Below, in pieces: positions 45,470-54,718 of a stretch of 64,000 nucleotides of DNA (its first letter is position 1; every line of letters begins with the position of its first letter). Source of the DNA: a virus; the IMG/VR virus record IMGVR_UViG_3300009171_000001, positions 9,760 through 73,759 of that record; one strand, 5' to 3'. The notes below the pieces were generated by a model. It worked only from the letters and a program-made list of their open reading frames with translations, ran no database searches and had not been told where the DNA came from. The position numbers and the translations under genes were made by a program.

Positions 45470-46065
45470 TGAAAACCAAGCGTAAAGGCAGAGGAATGAA
45501 AAAAGGCTCTGCATTTGAAAGAGAGATTTGCAAACAACTAAGTTTGTGGTGGACGGGTAGTGAACGAGATGATGTGTTTTGGCGGACCAGTGGTAGTGGG
45601 GCCAGGGCCAAAACCAGGGCTAAGACTGGCGGACAAACCTTTGGTCAATACGGGGATGTTCAAGCTACTGACCCAATAGGCCAACCACTTTTGGATTTAT
45701 TCTCTATTGAAATCAAACGTGGTTATAGTAAAGCAACCTTGTCTGATTTTGTGGATAGCAAACAAAAAGCCAAACCCCAACTACAAAAGTTTTTGGAGCA
45801 GACAATAAAAGACAGCCAGCTAAAAGGGGGAATGTGTAGTTGGATGTTATTAGTAAAACGGGATTACAAAAACACTCTTCTTTTTACCCCCTACAACCCC
45901 TTCAAAATAATGACCTCCTATCAAGATAAACAAAAAACCGAAATGGGGTGTGTGTTATTAAAATGTAAATTATTAGGTATAAAACAAACCATACTCATTT
46001 GTAGTTTGGACTGGTTTTTCAAACGGATAACTTCAAAGGATATTAAACATTATGAAAAAGGGTAG
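45469..46065 (+). CDS. Holliday junction resolvase (PD-(D/E)XK)
   Basis: KGSAFEREIC, SGSG, GDV, IEIKR. Confidence 0.8.
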   Translation: MKTKRKGRGMKKGSAFEREICKQLSLWWTGSERDDVFWRTSGSGARAKTRAKTGGQTFGQYGDVQATDPIGQPLLDLFSIEIKRGYSKATLSDFVDSKQKAKPQLQKFLEQTIKDSQLKGGMCSWMLLVKRDYKNTLLFTPYNPFKIMTSYQDKQKTEMGCVLLKCKLLGIKQTILICSLDWFFKRITSKDIKHYEKG

Positions 46066-46189
46066 ATACAAAGGTAATGAATTTGATACTTTATTGCTGT
46101 GTCCTAATTGTGGGGAGCGTACATTGCGACGGAAAAGAAAAAAGCGAACCTGGATTTGTCCACTTTGTAAATATAGGGAAGAGAGATAA
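46052..46189 (+). CDS. Small zinc-ribbon protein (45 aa)
   Basis: Own translation containing CPNC...WICPLC. Confidence 0.5.
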   Translation: MKKGRYKGNEFDTLLLCPNCGERTLRRKRKKRTWICPLCKYREER

Positions 46190-46248
46190 CAATGAAAATT
46201 CCAATTCAAACTGAAAGGTTCGAGGCCAACCGATAAAGGACTGACTGA

Positions 46249-46434
46249 ATGACAGATAAAGATTATCGCAATATGATGGAGGAATTACTTGCACAAGATT
46301 CCGGTTTGACGGCTTGGGAAATAGATTTTCTCGATAGTTTGTGCAACAAGGGCTTTCAGAACGAAGAATACTGGCATTTTACCGAGAAACAGTTGGCTTG
46401 CTTTGAAAAGATTTACAATAGGATTTTCAGATGA
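46249..46434 (+). CDS. Hypothetical protein
   Basis: LTAWEIDFLDSL...TEKQ pattern; flanked by 21-bp imperfect direct repeats. Confidence 0.6.
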   Translation: MTDKDYRNMMEELLAQDSGLTAWEIDFLDSLCNKGFQNEEYWHFTEKQLACFEKIYNRIFR

Positions 46435-46547
46435 CAGATAAAGGAATGACTGAATGAAGCGTATCTGCATATCAAAAACTAACACAATGTCCCCCAGCGA
46501 CAAAATCAGATATAAAGAATAAATTTAACAAAACGATGTAAACCATT

Positions 46548-46772
46548 ATGATATCATCAGATAATATATCCCGCAAACAAGCCCGCAAACTTGTCAAATT
46601 ATTAGAACGATGGACCAGAGCAGATGTAATGAGCCGTCTGGGACAGTTTGACAATTTGGAATATCTGGATTATGCCCAACATAAAATAGATTATGAAGAT
46701 AAAATACGAAAAATGTTATTTGATACTTCAAACTTTGCAGAGTTAGCAAAACTGTGGGGTATTAGAAAATAG
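46548..46772 (+). CDS. Hypothetical protein
   Basis: 74-aa ORF. Confidence 0.55.
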   Translation: MISSDNISRKQARKLVKLLERWTRADVMSRLGQFDNLEYLDYAQHKIDYEDKIRKMLFDTSNFAELAKLWGIRK

Positions 46773-46843
46773 CCAGGAATGAACCTTGCCCTTGTGGTAG
46801 CGGTAAAAAGTTCAAAAAGTATTATTGGCTTGAAGCAATATAA
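46766..46843 (+). pseudogene. Degenerate SEC-C motif remnant
   Basis: Reads KIARNEPCPCGSGKKFKKYYWLEAI*; no start codon; terminal CC has become YY. Confidence 0.6.
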
Positions 46844-46889
46844 TGAAAAAATGGATAAGCAATAATATATAGAAAGGATTAATCGAAAA

Positions 46890-47429
46890 ATGAAAAACGA
46901 ATCGCCCATACATATAACCATCCCATTTTGGGGTTTGTTACTTTCTTTGGTTGTATTTTTCTTTGTAGGATTAGGCATTCCCGTAGTTATTAATACGAGC
47001 AAACCACTCTTGACCGGAATCGAGACCGAACCCAATCTTCTCTCCACTCCTCCTTTTCATCAAAAAGGGCAAAGTCTCGATTCCATTATTACTAATCCCA
47101 ACCCTATCAACATAAAATCCCTGGGCAAATATACAGTAACCGCCTATTGTCCTTGTGAGAAATGTTGTGGGGTTTGGGCCACTAAACCAGGCCCAAGAGT
47201 TACTGCTAATGGACATAGTATTGAACCTAATGACCGTTTTGTAGCAGCACCAAAAAACATGCCTTTCAAAACAAAGTTGATTATTGAAGGGTACACAGAT
47301 GGTTTGGTTTTTGTATATGACAGGGGAGGGGCCATCAAAAACAAAAAACTTGATGTATTTTTTCCTACTCATCAAGAGGCATTAAATTGGGGTGTCAAAG
47401 AGATTGAAGTGTTTGAGGTGAAAGAATAA
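46890..47429 (+). CDS. Membrane-anchored 3D-domain protein
   Basis: N-terminal TM helix; VTAYC, DRGGAIK..KLDVF. Confidence 0.85.
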   Translation: MKNESPIHITIPFWGLLLSLVVFFFVGLGIPVVINTSKPLLTGIETEPNLLSTPPFHQKGQSLDSIITNPNPINIKSLGKYTVTAYCPCEKCCGVWATKPGPRVTANGHSIEPNDRFVAAPKNMPFKTKLIIEGYTDGLVFVYDRGGAIKNKKLDVFFPTHQEALNWGVKEIEVFEVKE

Positions 47430-47893
47430 TGTGGCCATATAGGGGAAGACGATTAGATAACGGTGAGTGGGCCTATGGCTATTATCTGGTGGTAGAAAGC
47501 CGTAGTTTTATTTGGAATGGTTATCATGAGGCAAGTAGATGTGGTGAAGATTCTTGCATACACCTGTCTTTCTATAACAGCCTTATTGAGGTTGACCCTG
47601 CCACAGTGGGCCAGTCCACCGGCAAGAGGGACTGCAAGCGGACGGCGGAATATCCAGAGGGGCAGGAGATATATAAGGGAGATAAACTTAGAGACGACAC
47701 GGGCGAAATCGGGATTGTTCGGTTCGGAGAGTTGCCCCTGGATAAATCAGGTGATTGTGTGTGTCGTTATTTGACGTTTTATGTCGAATGTCTTGGCAAA
47801 TTAGGCCAAGCACCGTTTTATGCTTGTGTAGATATAGGCGATTGGATGGAGGTTATCGGCACAATCCACGACAAGGAGAAGGAACAATACTAA
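47429..47893 (+). CDS. YopX-family protein
   Basis: YRG.R.DNGEW.YG, VDP.TVGQ.TG, EIYKGD, EVIGTIHD. Confidence 0.85.
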   Translation: MWPYRGRRLDNGEWAYGYYLVVESRSFIWNGYHEASRCGEDSCIHLSFYNSLIEVDPATVGQSTGKRDCKRTAEYPEGQEIYKGDKLRDDTGEIGIVRFGELPLDKSGDCVCRYLTFYVECLGKLGQAPFYACVDIGDWMEVIGTIHDKEKEQY

Positions 47894-48777
47894 CCAAACT
47901 TCAAATCCGCAACTTTCGCAAACATAAGCGATTAGATGTCCCCTTGTCCCGTATTACTACTATACGTGGGGCAAGTGGGGCGGGCAAGAGTGCTTTGATA
48001 GGAGCATTCAAATGGTTAGCCCTCAATCAACCGGCTGGTGATGGATTCATCAATTGGGAGGCAAGACAAGCAGCAATCCGCTTACATGTAGATGGTCATG
48101 ACATCCGCCGCAAACGTGGCCCCACAGACAATAAATATCAACTAGATGGGAAAACTTTCAAAGCATTTGGTCCAAATGTACCTGCCCCCATAATAGATAT
48201 ATTAAACATAAACCATCTAAATTTTCAACAGCAACATATAGGCCCATTTTGGTTCAGAGAAACAGCTGGTGAAGTATCCCGTCAATTAAATACCATTATC
48301 AATTTAGACTTGATAGACAGCACCTTAGCCAACTTAGGCAAACGTCAACGACAAGCCCAATATCAAATCAAAGATACTCAACAACGAATATCTACTGCAA
48401 CTCAACAAAAGGCTTCCTTACGATTCATTTTGATATTAGATAAAAAGCTGATTGCTCTGGAAGATCAACAAACTCAACTTGTTGAGGATAATCATACAAT
48501 AAATGTATTATCCGGTTTGATTGAACAAGGTAAATTATATGAAATAGCAAGCAGTCAAACCATCCCCAATATCCAACCATTATTAACCCTTCATGAGCAA
48601 TGGAAAGTTCAACAAACATCCTATAAACGATTGAACCAACTATATGAACAGGCAAAAGATTATGAAGAAAGTTTTATTCAATTGGGCAATAATATAGATA
48701 AGGATGAACAAAAACTGAAACATATGTTGGGTAAACAATGTCCTTTGTGTGGTAGTATTTTAGGAAAAGCAAAATGA
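47887..48777 (+). CDS. SbcC/Rad50-like ATPase, N-terminal half (apparent ATA start)
   Basis: LQIRNF, GASGAGKS Walker A, Q-loop FQQQH, coiled coil, CPLC hook. Confidence 0.8.
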   Translation: MLTKLQIRNFRKHKRLDVPLSRITTIRGASGAGKSALIGAFKWLALNQPAGDGFINWEARQAAIRLHVDGHDIRRKRGPTDNKYQLDGKTFKAFGPNVPAPIIDILNINHLNFQQQHIGPFWFRETAGEVSRQLNTIINLDLIDSTLANLGKRQRQAQYQIKDTQQRISTATQQKASLRFILILDKKLIALEDQQTQLVEDNHTINVLSGLIEQGKLYEIASSQTIPNIQPLLTLHEQWKVQQTSYKRLNQLYEQAKDYEESFIQLGNNIDKDEQKLKHMLGKQCPLCGSILGKAK

Positions 48778-49757
48778 AAATGGCCTCAGCACAACAAATC
48801 TATCCCATAGCCATATGTACTGCGGACTGGCATCTATCTCACAATCCCCCTATTTTCCGTTCTGCCGAACCAAATTGGTATGCTGCTATGCAAAGAGTCT
48901 TGGAGGAAATAGTCAAGTTATCTGTAACTTTTGATGGCCCAATTTTGTGTGCTGGGGATATGTTTCACAAATGGAATAGCCCCCCAGAATTGATAAATTT
49001 TGCTATGAGAAGGCCCAATCGGGGCAAAACATTGGCGATAGCAGGTCAACATGATTTACCCAATCATAATTTTAATGAGATAGAACGGAGTGCTTATTGG
49101 ACTTTGTGTTATGGAAATGCCATCCATCATATAGATGCTAAAATACCATCAAATTGGGGGGAGATGAAAATTTATGGATTCTCATATGGCTCTCCTTTGA
49201 AACCCTTACCAAAAGAGAAAGTATCTAATAAATTGATAAATGTAGCCCTTGTTCATGATTATGTATGGACAGCAGCAGCTGGATGCTCTTATCCCCATGC
49301 TCCAAAGAACAAGGAAATCAAAAATCAATCACATAGCAAACATCTTATTAATGGTAAGTATTATGGATATGATGTAATTGTCTATGGGGATAATCACCGA
49401 GGATTCAAAAGGCAAATAGGTGAAACTGTCATTTTTAATTGTGGTACTTTAATGCGCCGCAATTCGGACGAAATAAATTATTGTCCACAAGTGGGTTTGC
49501 TTATGTCTGACGGTTCGGTGGAAATTCATCTTTTAGATATATCTCAAGACAAATGTTTGCCAGTGGAGGAGGCTAAAGTTGCTGAACGAGAAGATGAATT
49601 AAATATGGAGAAATTGGCAGCGGAGCTACACCAGTTGGGCTCATCTGCTTTAGATTTTGCCGCCGCCCTTGAATCCTATTGTGAGGCTAATAGTATAAAG
49701 GAATCAGTGAAAAAGATTTTGCTTGAGGCTATGAATACAGATGAAAGACCTGACTGA
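48774..49757 (+). CDS. SbcD/Mre11-like metallophosphoesterase nuclease
   Basis: ADWH, AGDMF, GQHD, GDNH. Confidence 0.88.
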   Translation: MKMASAQQIYPIAICTADWHLSHNPPIFRSAEPNWYAAMQRVLEEIVKLSVTFDGPILCAGDMFHKWNSPPELINFAMRRPNRGKTLAIAGQHDLPNHNFNEIERSAYWTLCYGNAIHHIDAKIPSNWGEMKIYGFSYGSPLKPLPKEKVSNKLINVALVHDYVWTAAAGCSYPHAPKNKEIKNQSHSKHLINGKYYGYDVIVYGDNHRGFKRQIGETVIFNCGTLMRRNSDEINYCPQVGLLMSDGSVEIHLLDISQDKCLPVEEAKVAEREDELNMEKLAAELHQLGSSALDFAAALESYCEANSIKESVKKILLEAMNTDERPD

Positions 49758-49989
49758 CCAACTGCTGGAAATCAAACGTAATGTTGAGCGGATGAAACAA
49801 AATAAGGAACAAGCCTGTGGTGCTTTGAGCCAGGTGATGAAACAAATACGGGCAGAATTCAAATGTGAAAATTTGGATGATGCGGAAGAACTATTATCCA
49901 AAATGAAAAAACAATTGAAACAAGACAAAGAACAATTGGAAAAATCGGTTATTGTATTAAAACGGGAGTTGGATGAACATGCTTCTTGA
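49741..49989 (+). CDS. Short coiled-coil protein
   Basis: 82-aa heptad-rich ORF inside the SbcCD block. Confidence 0.65.
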   Translation: MKDLTDQLLEIKRNVERMKQNKEQACGALSQVMKQIRAEFKCENLDDAEELLSKMKKQLKQDKEQLEKSVIVLKRELDEHAS

Positions 49990-50551
49990 TGCCTTACGCT
50001 CCAAAATCAACACTATCAAAGGGCAATACATCACAGCCAAATCCCTGTTGCAAAGTGAGACTGAAAATTTACAAAGGATAGAACAGGAACAAGGTTACAT
50101 AGAGCATGCCTTACAAATAGCTCAAAGTGTAGCCCAAACTATACAACAACAAGCCCATGAGAAGATTGCCCGCGTAGTATCTGCCTGTTTACAAACGGTC
50201 TTTTATGACCAGGATTATACATTTAAGATACGGTTTGAACGCAAACGTAAAAAGACAGAGGCCAAGTTGTTACTTATCAAGGATGGCCACGAAATAGAAA
50301 ATCCAATGGAAGAAGATAGTGGTGGGGTGGTAGATGTATCTGCTTTCGCTTTGCAATTATCGGCCTTAATGCTGAGCAAACCACCTGTCCGCCGTCTATT
50401 TGTTATGGATGAACCGTTCAAATATGTTAGTGCCGAATATCGGGATAATGTACGACAAATGTTAGAAAAACTGGCTGAGGATTTTGATGTGCAATTTTTG
50501 ATGGTTACGCATATTGAAGAATTGATGACAGGAGAGGAAATACAATTATGA
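49973..50551 (+). CDS. SbcC/Rad50-like ATPase, C-terminal half
   Basis: DSGG signature, VMDEP Walker B, MVTH switch. Confidence 0.85.
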   Translation: MNMLLDALRSKINTIKGQYITAKSLLQSETENLQRIEQEQGYIEHALQIAQSVAQTIQQQAHEKIARVVSACLQTVFYDQDYTFKIRFERKRKKTEAKLLLIKDGHEIENPMEEDSGGVVDVSAFALQLSALMLSKPPVRRLFVMDEPFKYVSAEYRDNVRQMLEKLAEDFDVQFLMVTHIEELMTGEEIQL

Positions 50552-50796
50552 AAAAACCATTTGTACCTGATGAATATGCTCATATTGTGAAATTGATACT
50601 TCCTACTGTGATAGAATTAGCTGAAGAACGGGATGGTTTGGTTGCTGATGAGGAGACTTGTAGAATAATATATTACTGTTTGGGTACTGGATTTTCGTTG
50701 GGTATGGCCTATAATCAAACAGATAAAACCAAACCTTGGGAGCTGAGAGTGTATGAAGCCTTAGAGATAGTCAAATCAGGAAAATTGAATTCATAA
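50548..50796 (+). CDS. Hypothetical protein
   Basis: 82 aa; coupled start. Confidence 0.55.
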   Translation: MKKPFVPDEYAHIVKLILPTVIELAEERDGLVADEETCRIIYYCLGTGFSLGMAYNQTDKTKPWELRVYEALEIVKSGKLNS

Positions 50797-50800
50797 AAGG

Positions 50801-50859
50801 TGGGGTGTGTCATTGGTTGGGCTAAGGTCTTTTCGGAAAGGACACCAAAACACACCCCA
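50801..50859. terminator. Hairpin at the convergence of the two gene arms
   Basis: TGGGGTGTGT/ACACACCCCA enclosing GTCTTT-TCG-GAAAGGAC. Confidence 0.55.
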
Positions 50860-50919
50860 TTACGCATACCACTGGAGAAACACACCTAAAGTAATCTATA
50901 TAGCCGTTAAATTCGTTTC

Positions 50920-51005
50920 TACGCACGCTACAGCCTGTGTATTTCCCCCGAGTAGGGGGGGAAACCCGTACTTTTAATAATCGCCTGTCTAATCGCACGG
51001 TGGTG
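50920..51005 (+). repeat. Dispersed repeat, copy 2
   Basis: 31-bp identity with 27136-27166. Confidence 0.85.
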
Positions 51006-51029
51006 GTTTTTTGCAATTCCATAGAAATA

Positions 51030-51629
51030 TCACGTTTTCCTTTTCATACCTACCCGCAAATTACCATTATGAATCCTAACTGTGCGGGATGCCTGGTAAT
51101 GTACGATGATTGGACTTTTTATATATTTCATCTTATCCATAATCTTACAGTATTCGCCTGGCAACAATTCAAAATCCTTTTTCAACACAGCCTCCAAATG
51201 TTTTTGGTCCCATATTTTAGGTTGCTCTTTACACAGCTTCTCCCATTGTTCTACAATAGCAAAAACTTTTGGACTATTACGAAAATAAACCGTGCCACTC
51301 AATAATTCTGGTATCCAATCAGCCTTATTATATTCCTTACCATCATATACATAAGCAGCAACATCACAGGATAGATTATCAAACAAAATAGGATATGCAA
51401 AGAACTCAGCATCACAATCCACCCAAACAATGTTTGTTTCAGGAAATTTTAATAACATATTCTTTACGAAGGTTGGCTTATATCCAGTATTTTTCTGCCA
51501 ATTCCCCAAACTTTCAATCCCCTCTACATGATAAGGTATATTGAATTTTTGAAGGGATTGAACAAATTTTTGGGCCTTCCCTTCATATATGGTATTGTGG
51601 GTGTAATAAGAGACAATTAGATAACTCAT
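51030..51629 (-). CDS. GT-A fold nucleotide-diphospho-sugar transferase
   Basis: KP.F, WVDCDA DxD motif, LSGT, WDQ, HYQAS. Confidence 0.75.
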   Translation of the reverse strand: MSYLIVSYYTHNTIYEGKAQKFVQSLQKFNIPYHVEGIESLGNWQKNTGYKPTFVKNMLLKFPETNIVWVDCDAEFFAYPILFDNLSCDVAAYVYDGKEYNKADWIPELLSGTVYFRNSPKVFAIVEQWEKLCKEQPKIWDQKHLEAVLKKDFELLPGEYCKIMDKMKYIKSPIIVHYQASRTVRIHNGNLRVGMKRKT

Positions 51630-52504
51630 ACAACCTCAAAAATCTCTGCATATTTTTTTGCTACTTTGGTTATATCATGATTTTGAACAGCAAATTCCCT
51701 CGCCTCTTTTTTCATCCGTTCATATAATTCTTTATCCTTGCTCATCCATATCATTCTCTCCTGTACCTCCCGTATATTTTTCTCTACAAGGAATCCTTGT
51801 TTCCCATCTATTAGGGCGTGACTATGAAATCCAACTTTTGTAATAATAACGGGAATGCCGCAGGCCAAAGCCTCTGTCACGACATTAGAACATCCCTCAC
51901 CATCACTCAATAAGATGAGACAGTGGATTTTGTTATAGAATTCACTAACCATCTTATCTGCTGATAATTGGTTCACCCCATATATTACATTGAATTGAGC
52001 AACTTCATTAAGAAGTTCTTTGATGGCTGCCTGATACACATTCCATCCCTTGTAAATAGAGTACGCACCAGATATGTTACCCGCAAACCCAAATGTGAAT
52101 ATGTTGGATTGTTTGCTATAATCCGGCTTATAGTATTCCAAATCAACTCCATTTGTCTGCATGATGACATTCTGATTGTATTTTGAAGCCTTATCAAAAA
52201 GCATCTTATTTGTACAGATAATCCCAGACACCTGAGACAATTTACTTTTGTCTGAATCAGTCAATGCCCGCATGCTATCCAGGACGGATATGACTTTATG
52301 AAAATCTGAATACATATAAAAACTCAAAGGATTCATTGCCACAATAATATCCATTTTTGGAGTGATCAAATCGGCCTGTTCCCGATTAGTAGAAACGGTA
52401 TAAATAAAATGATGTTCATATTGTGGCATTTGAGTAGCCAAGGCTTTTGCATTCACATCATATGCCCATCCAGGCTCATCACTAATCCATAAAACCTTTT
52501 TCAT
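51626..52504 (-). CDS. Glycosyltransferase family 4
   Basis: NGVD, KG, EGCSNVVTEALACGIPVI. Confidence 0.9.
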   Translation of the reverse strand: MKKVLWISDEPGWAYDVNAKALATQMPQYEHHFIYTVSTNREQADLITPKMDIIVAMNPLSFYMYSDFHKVISVLDSMRALTDSDKSKLSQVSGIICTNKMLFDKASKYNQNVIMQTNGVDLEYYKPDYSKQSNIFTFGFAGNISGAYSIYKGWNVYQAAIKELLNEVAQFNVIYGVNQLSADKMVSEFYNKIHCLILLSDGEGCSNVVTEALACGIPVIITKVGFHSHALIDGKQGFLVEKNIREVQERMIWMSKDKELYERMKKEAREFAVQNHDITKVAKKYAEIFEVV

Positions 52505-53208
52505 AATCTCTTTTCCTTAATAATTGTATGAGATAATGCTCTTTGATTGGCAAGAGCAAAAATATCAATTCCATCTTGTCTTGGGGCAATACTTGACCCT
52601 ACACGCCGAGTGTACAAAACTTCACAACACACCCATCCTTTGTAAAATTGTTGAATCCGCCGACAGTAATTATATGACTCCCCATGAAACGTGCCAAGGT
52701 CATAATATCCTATTTTATTAAAAACCTCACGGGTGAACATTATAGAGGCATCTATCATACAATGAGTATAAGGATAAATCTTCTCCAAATCCTCATTAGT
52801 ACATCTACAATGGGTATCGACATAGTGAATTATTGGATTGCCTTTGATATCAATAGAATTACCCCAACAACCCACAAAACCAACTCCCTTTTCAAACAAA
52901 TGTAATTGTTTTTCCAACCGCATCGGATGACTTATATCATCACCATCCATCCTAACAATAAAATCACCCCTAACTAAGTCAAGACAATCATTCAATCGGG
53001 TAGTTAATCCCTCATTTTTATCACTTCGATATGCCCTTATCCGAGAGTCTTGGCATGATTGTATTTTACCAAGTACGGGCTCAGTCGAACCATCATCCAT
53101 AATAATGAATTCAAAATCCGTCTCCGTTTGATTAAGAATACTTTCAATAGCTTCTCCCAAAAAACGGATTCCATTATACACAGGCATTATCACGGATATT
53201 TTAGGCAT
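52501..53208 (-). CDS. Glycosyltransferase family 2
   Basis: ISVIMPVYN, DDGST, RMDGDD. Confidence 0.92.
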   Translation of the reverse strand: MPKISVIMPVYNGIRFLGEAIESILNQTETDFEFIIMDDGSTEPVLGKIQSCQDSRIRAYRSDKNEGLTTRLNDCLDLVRGDFIVRMDGDDISHPMRLEKQLHLFEKGVGFVGCWGNSIDIKGNPIIHYVDTHCRCTNEDLEKIYPYTHCMIDASIMFTREVFNKIGYYDLGTFHGESYNYCRRIQQFYKGWVCCEVLYTRRVGSSIAPRQDGIDIFALANQRALSHTIIKEKRL

Positions 53209-53211
53209 ATA

Positions 53212-54696
53212 TTATCTCATATAATAAACTGTTGATTTTCTCAGAATCGCCCGATTGTTATGTAATAACTCATAAGCATTTGGTTCCGCCATACCAACAG
53301 CCATAGCACTCAGATATTCTACATTTTCATTTTGGATATTGATAGATTTCAAAAACTCTTGCATATCCGGTATAAAATAAGACAACCAACAACAAGACAA
53401 TCCGATTGATTCACAATAGAGCAACATATTTTGAATAGTTGCAGCAATATCTTGAAACTTCAACACTTCCCATGCAGGATTTTTATGCTGAAAATTAACC
53501 GTCTGCGGTTCACCAAAATCATAACCAACAAAAATAATAGCTGGTGGAAAGCACGATGTGTACTTATGCTTGGCATAAATACTTGCTAATATCTTTTTGT
53601 CTGTAACTATCTTAAATCTTATACATTGTGAATTTGCACCGGAGGGGGCATCTATCCCAATTTGAATGATATCATTCAAAACATTATTTGGGATTATAGT
53701 TGGCCTCCATTTTCTAATTGTTCTCCTATGATAAATAACATCTTTAACCATATTCAGATTTGGAACAACCCCAGTATGAATTACGGATGAAATTGTTTGG
53801 TAGTATAATGCAATAGCTTTGGACGGATTATAGGTGAAGGGTTTTGAAATGTTTTGAAGACTTTTAGAAAAAGAGGAAACATCCATACATATGGAAGTAT
53901 TTGTATCCAGATATTTGTACCAATAGGTTGAACTGATGATTTTATGATTTATGGTAGGAAATGCTATACAAGGTGTCCCCGCTACACCAGCAAATACCGT
54001 ACCATGAAATCTATCAGTTACCACCAACCGATAGTGGGAGATATGGTCCAATAATTCTGGCAACTTTTTGTCGATGTTAAGAATTGGTTTTCGATTACCA
54101 TCAACATGCCCCTCAGTATCTATAATATCAACCTTTGAATCTATATCCTTACATTGTTTGATAACATCTTGTTTTTGCATTTTCAGCCAATCTTCTTTGT
54201 CCTCACGGAAAATACAAAGGATACCTTGTCTATCATACTTTCGATTGTGAGATAAAGTGAACACTGGGTCAGGTAATTGAAATATGTGATTATTTGGGAA
54301 CAAAGTTTTAGCCAAAATATAACTTTCTGGATCACGTGTAGAAATATACAAGCGTGGATGTGATTGATATGCTTGACAACTTTGTTCCGCCTCTTTCTGG
54401 GAATAAAAAGACACTGTTTGGGGGAATGAAATGATTATGTTATTTGTACATCTCCTAATTATTTCTCTCCTCAACAATTCTCCCCTAATCCACAAATCGC
54501 CAAGATAACCGCCACTACCAAGAAAAATAACATCATTCTTTTGAACCTGCCGAATGCCTTCCTCTGTTTCGGGAAGTTGAAACTTAATAACATTTCCCTC
54601 TCCAAAAAAGGATAACAACATATTAAAAATACAATATGCTTGAGCATTATCCCCAATGTTATCATGATGTGGTGTCAAAAATTGTATTGCTCTCAT
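53212..54696 (-). CDS. Polysaccharide pyruvyl transferase fused to nitroreductase domain
   Basis: HDNIGD, GGYLGD, FPQT, RD, PDPVF, TDRFHG; then RRTIRKW...APSG.N.Q...QNMLL...GLSCCW. Confidence 0.85.
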   Translation of the reverse strand: MRAIQFLTPHHDNIGDNAQAYCIFNMLLSFFGEGNVIKFQLPETEEGIRQVQKNDVIFLGSGGYLGDLWIRGELLRREIIRRCTNNIIISFPQTVSFYSQKEAEQSCQAYQSHPRLYISTRDPESYILAKTLFPNNHIFQLPDPVFTLSHNRKYDRQGILCIFREDKEDWLKMQKQDVIKQCKDIDSKVDIIDTEGHVDGNRKPILNIDKKLPELLDHISHYRLVVTDRFHGTVFAGVAGTPCIAFPTINHKIISSTYWYKYLDTNTSICMDVSSFSKSLQNISKPFTYNPSKAIALYYQTISSVIHTGVVPNLNMVKDVIYHRRTIRKWRPTIIPNNVLNDIIQIGIDAPSGANSQCIRFKIVTDKKILASIYAKHKYTSCFPPAIIFVGYDFGEPQTVNFQHKNPAWEVLKFQDIAATIQNMLLYCESIGLSCCWLSYFIPDMQEFLKSINIQNENVEYLSAMAVGMAEPNAYELLHNNRAILRKSTVYYMR

Positions 54697-54718
54697 TATT
54701 TATCCTGTTCTATTAACA

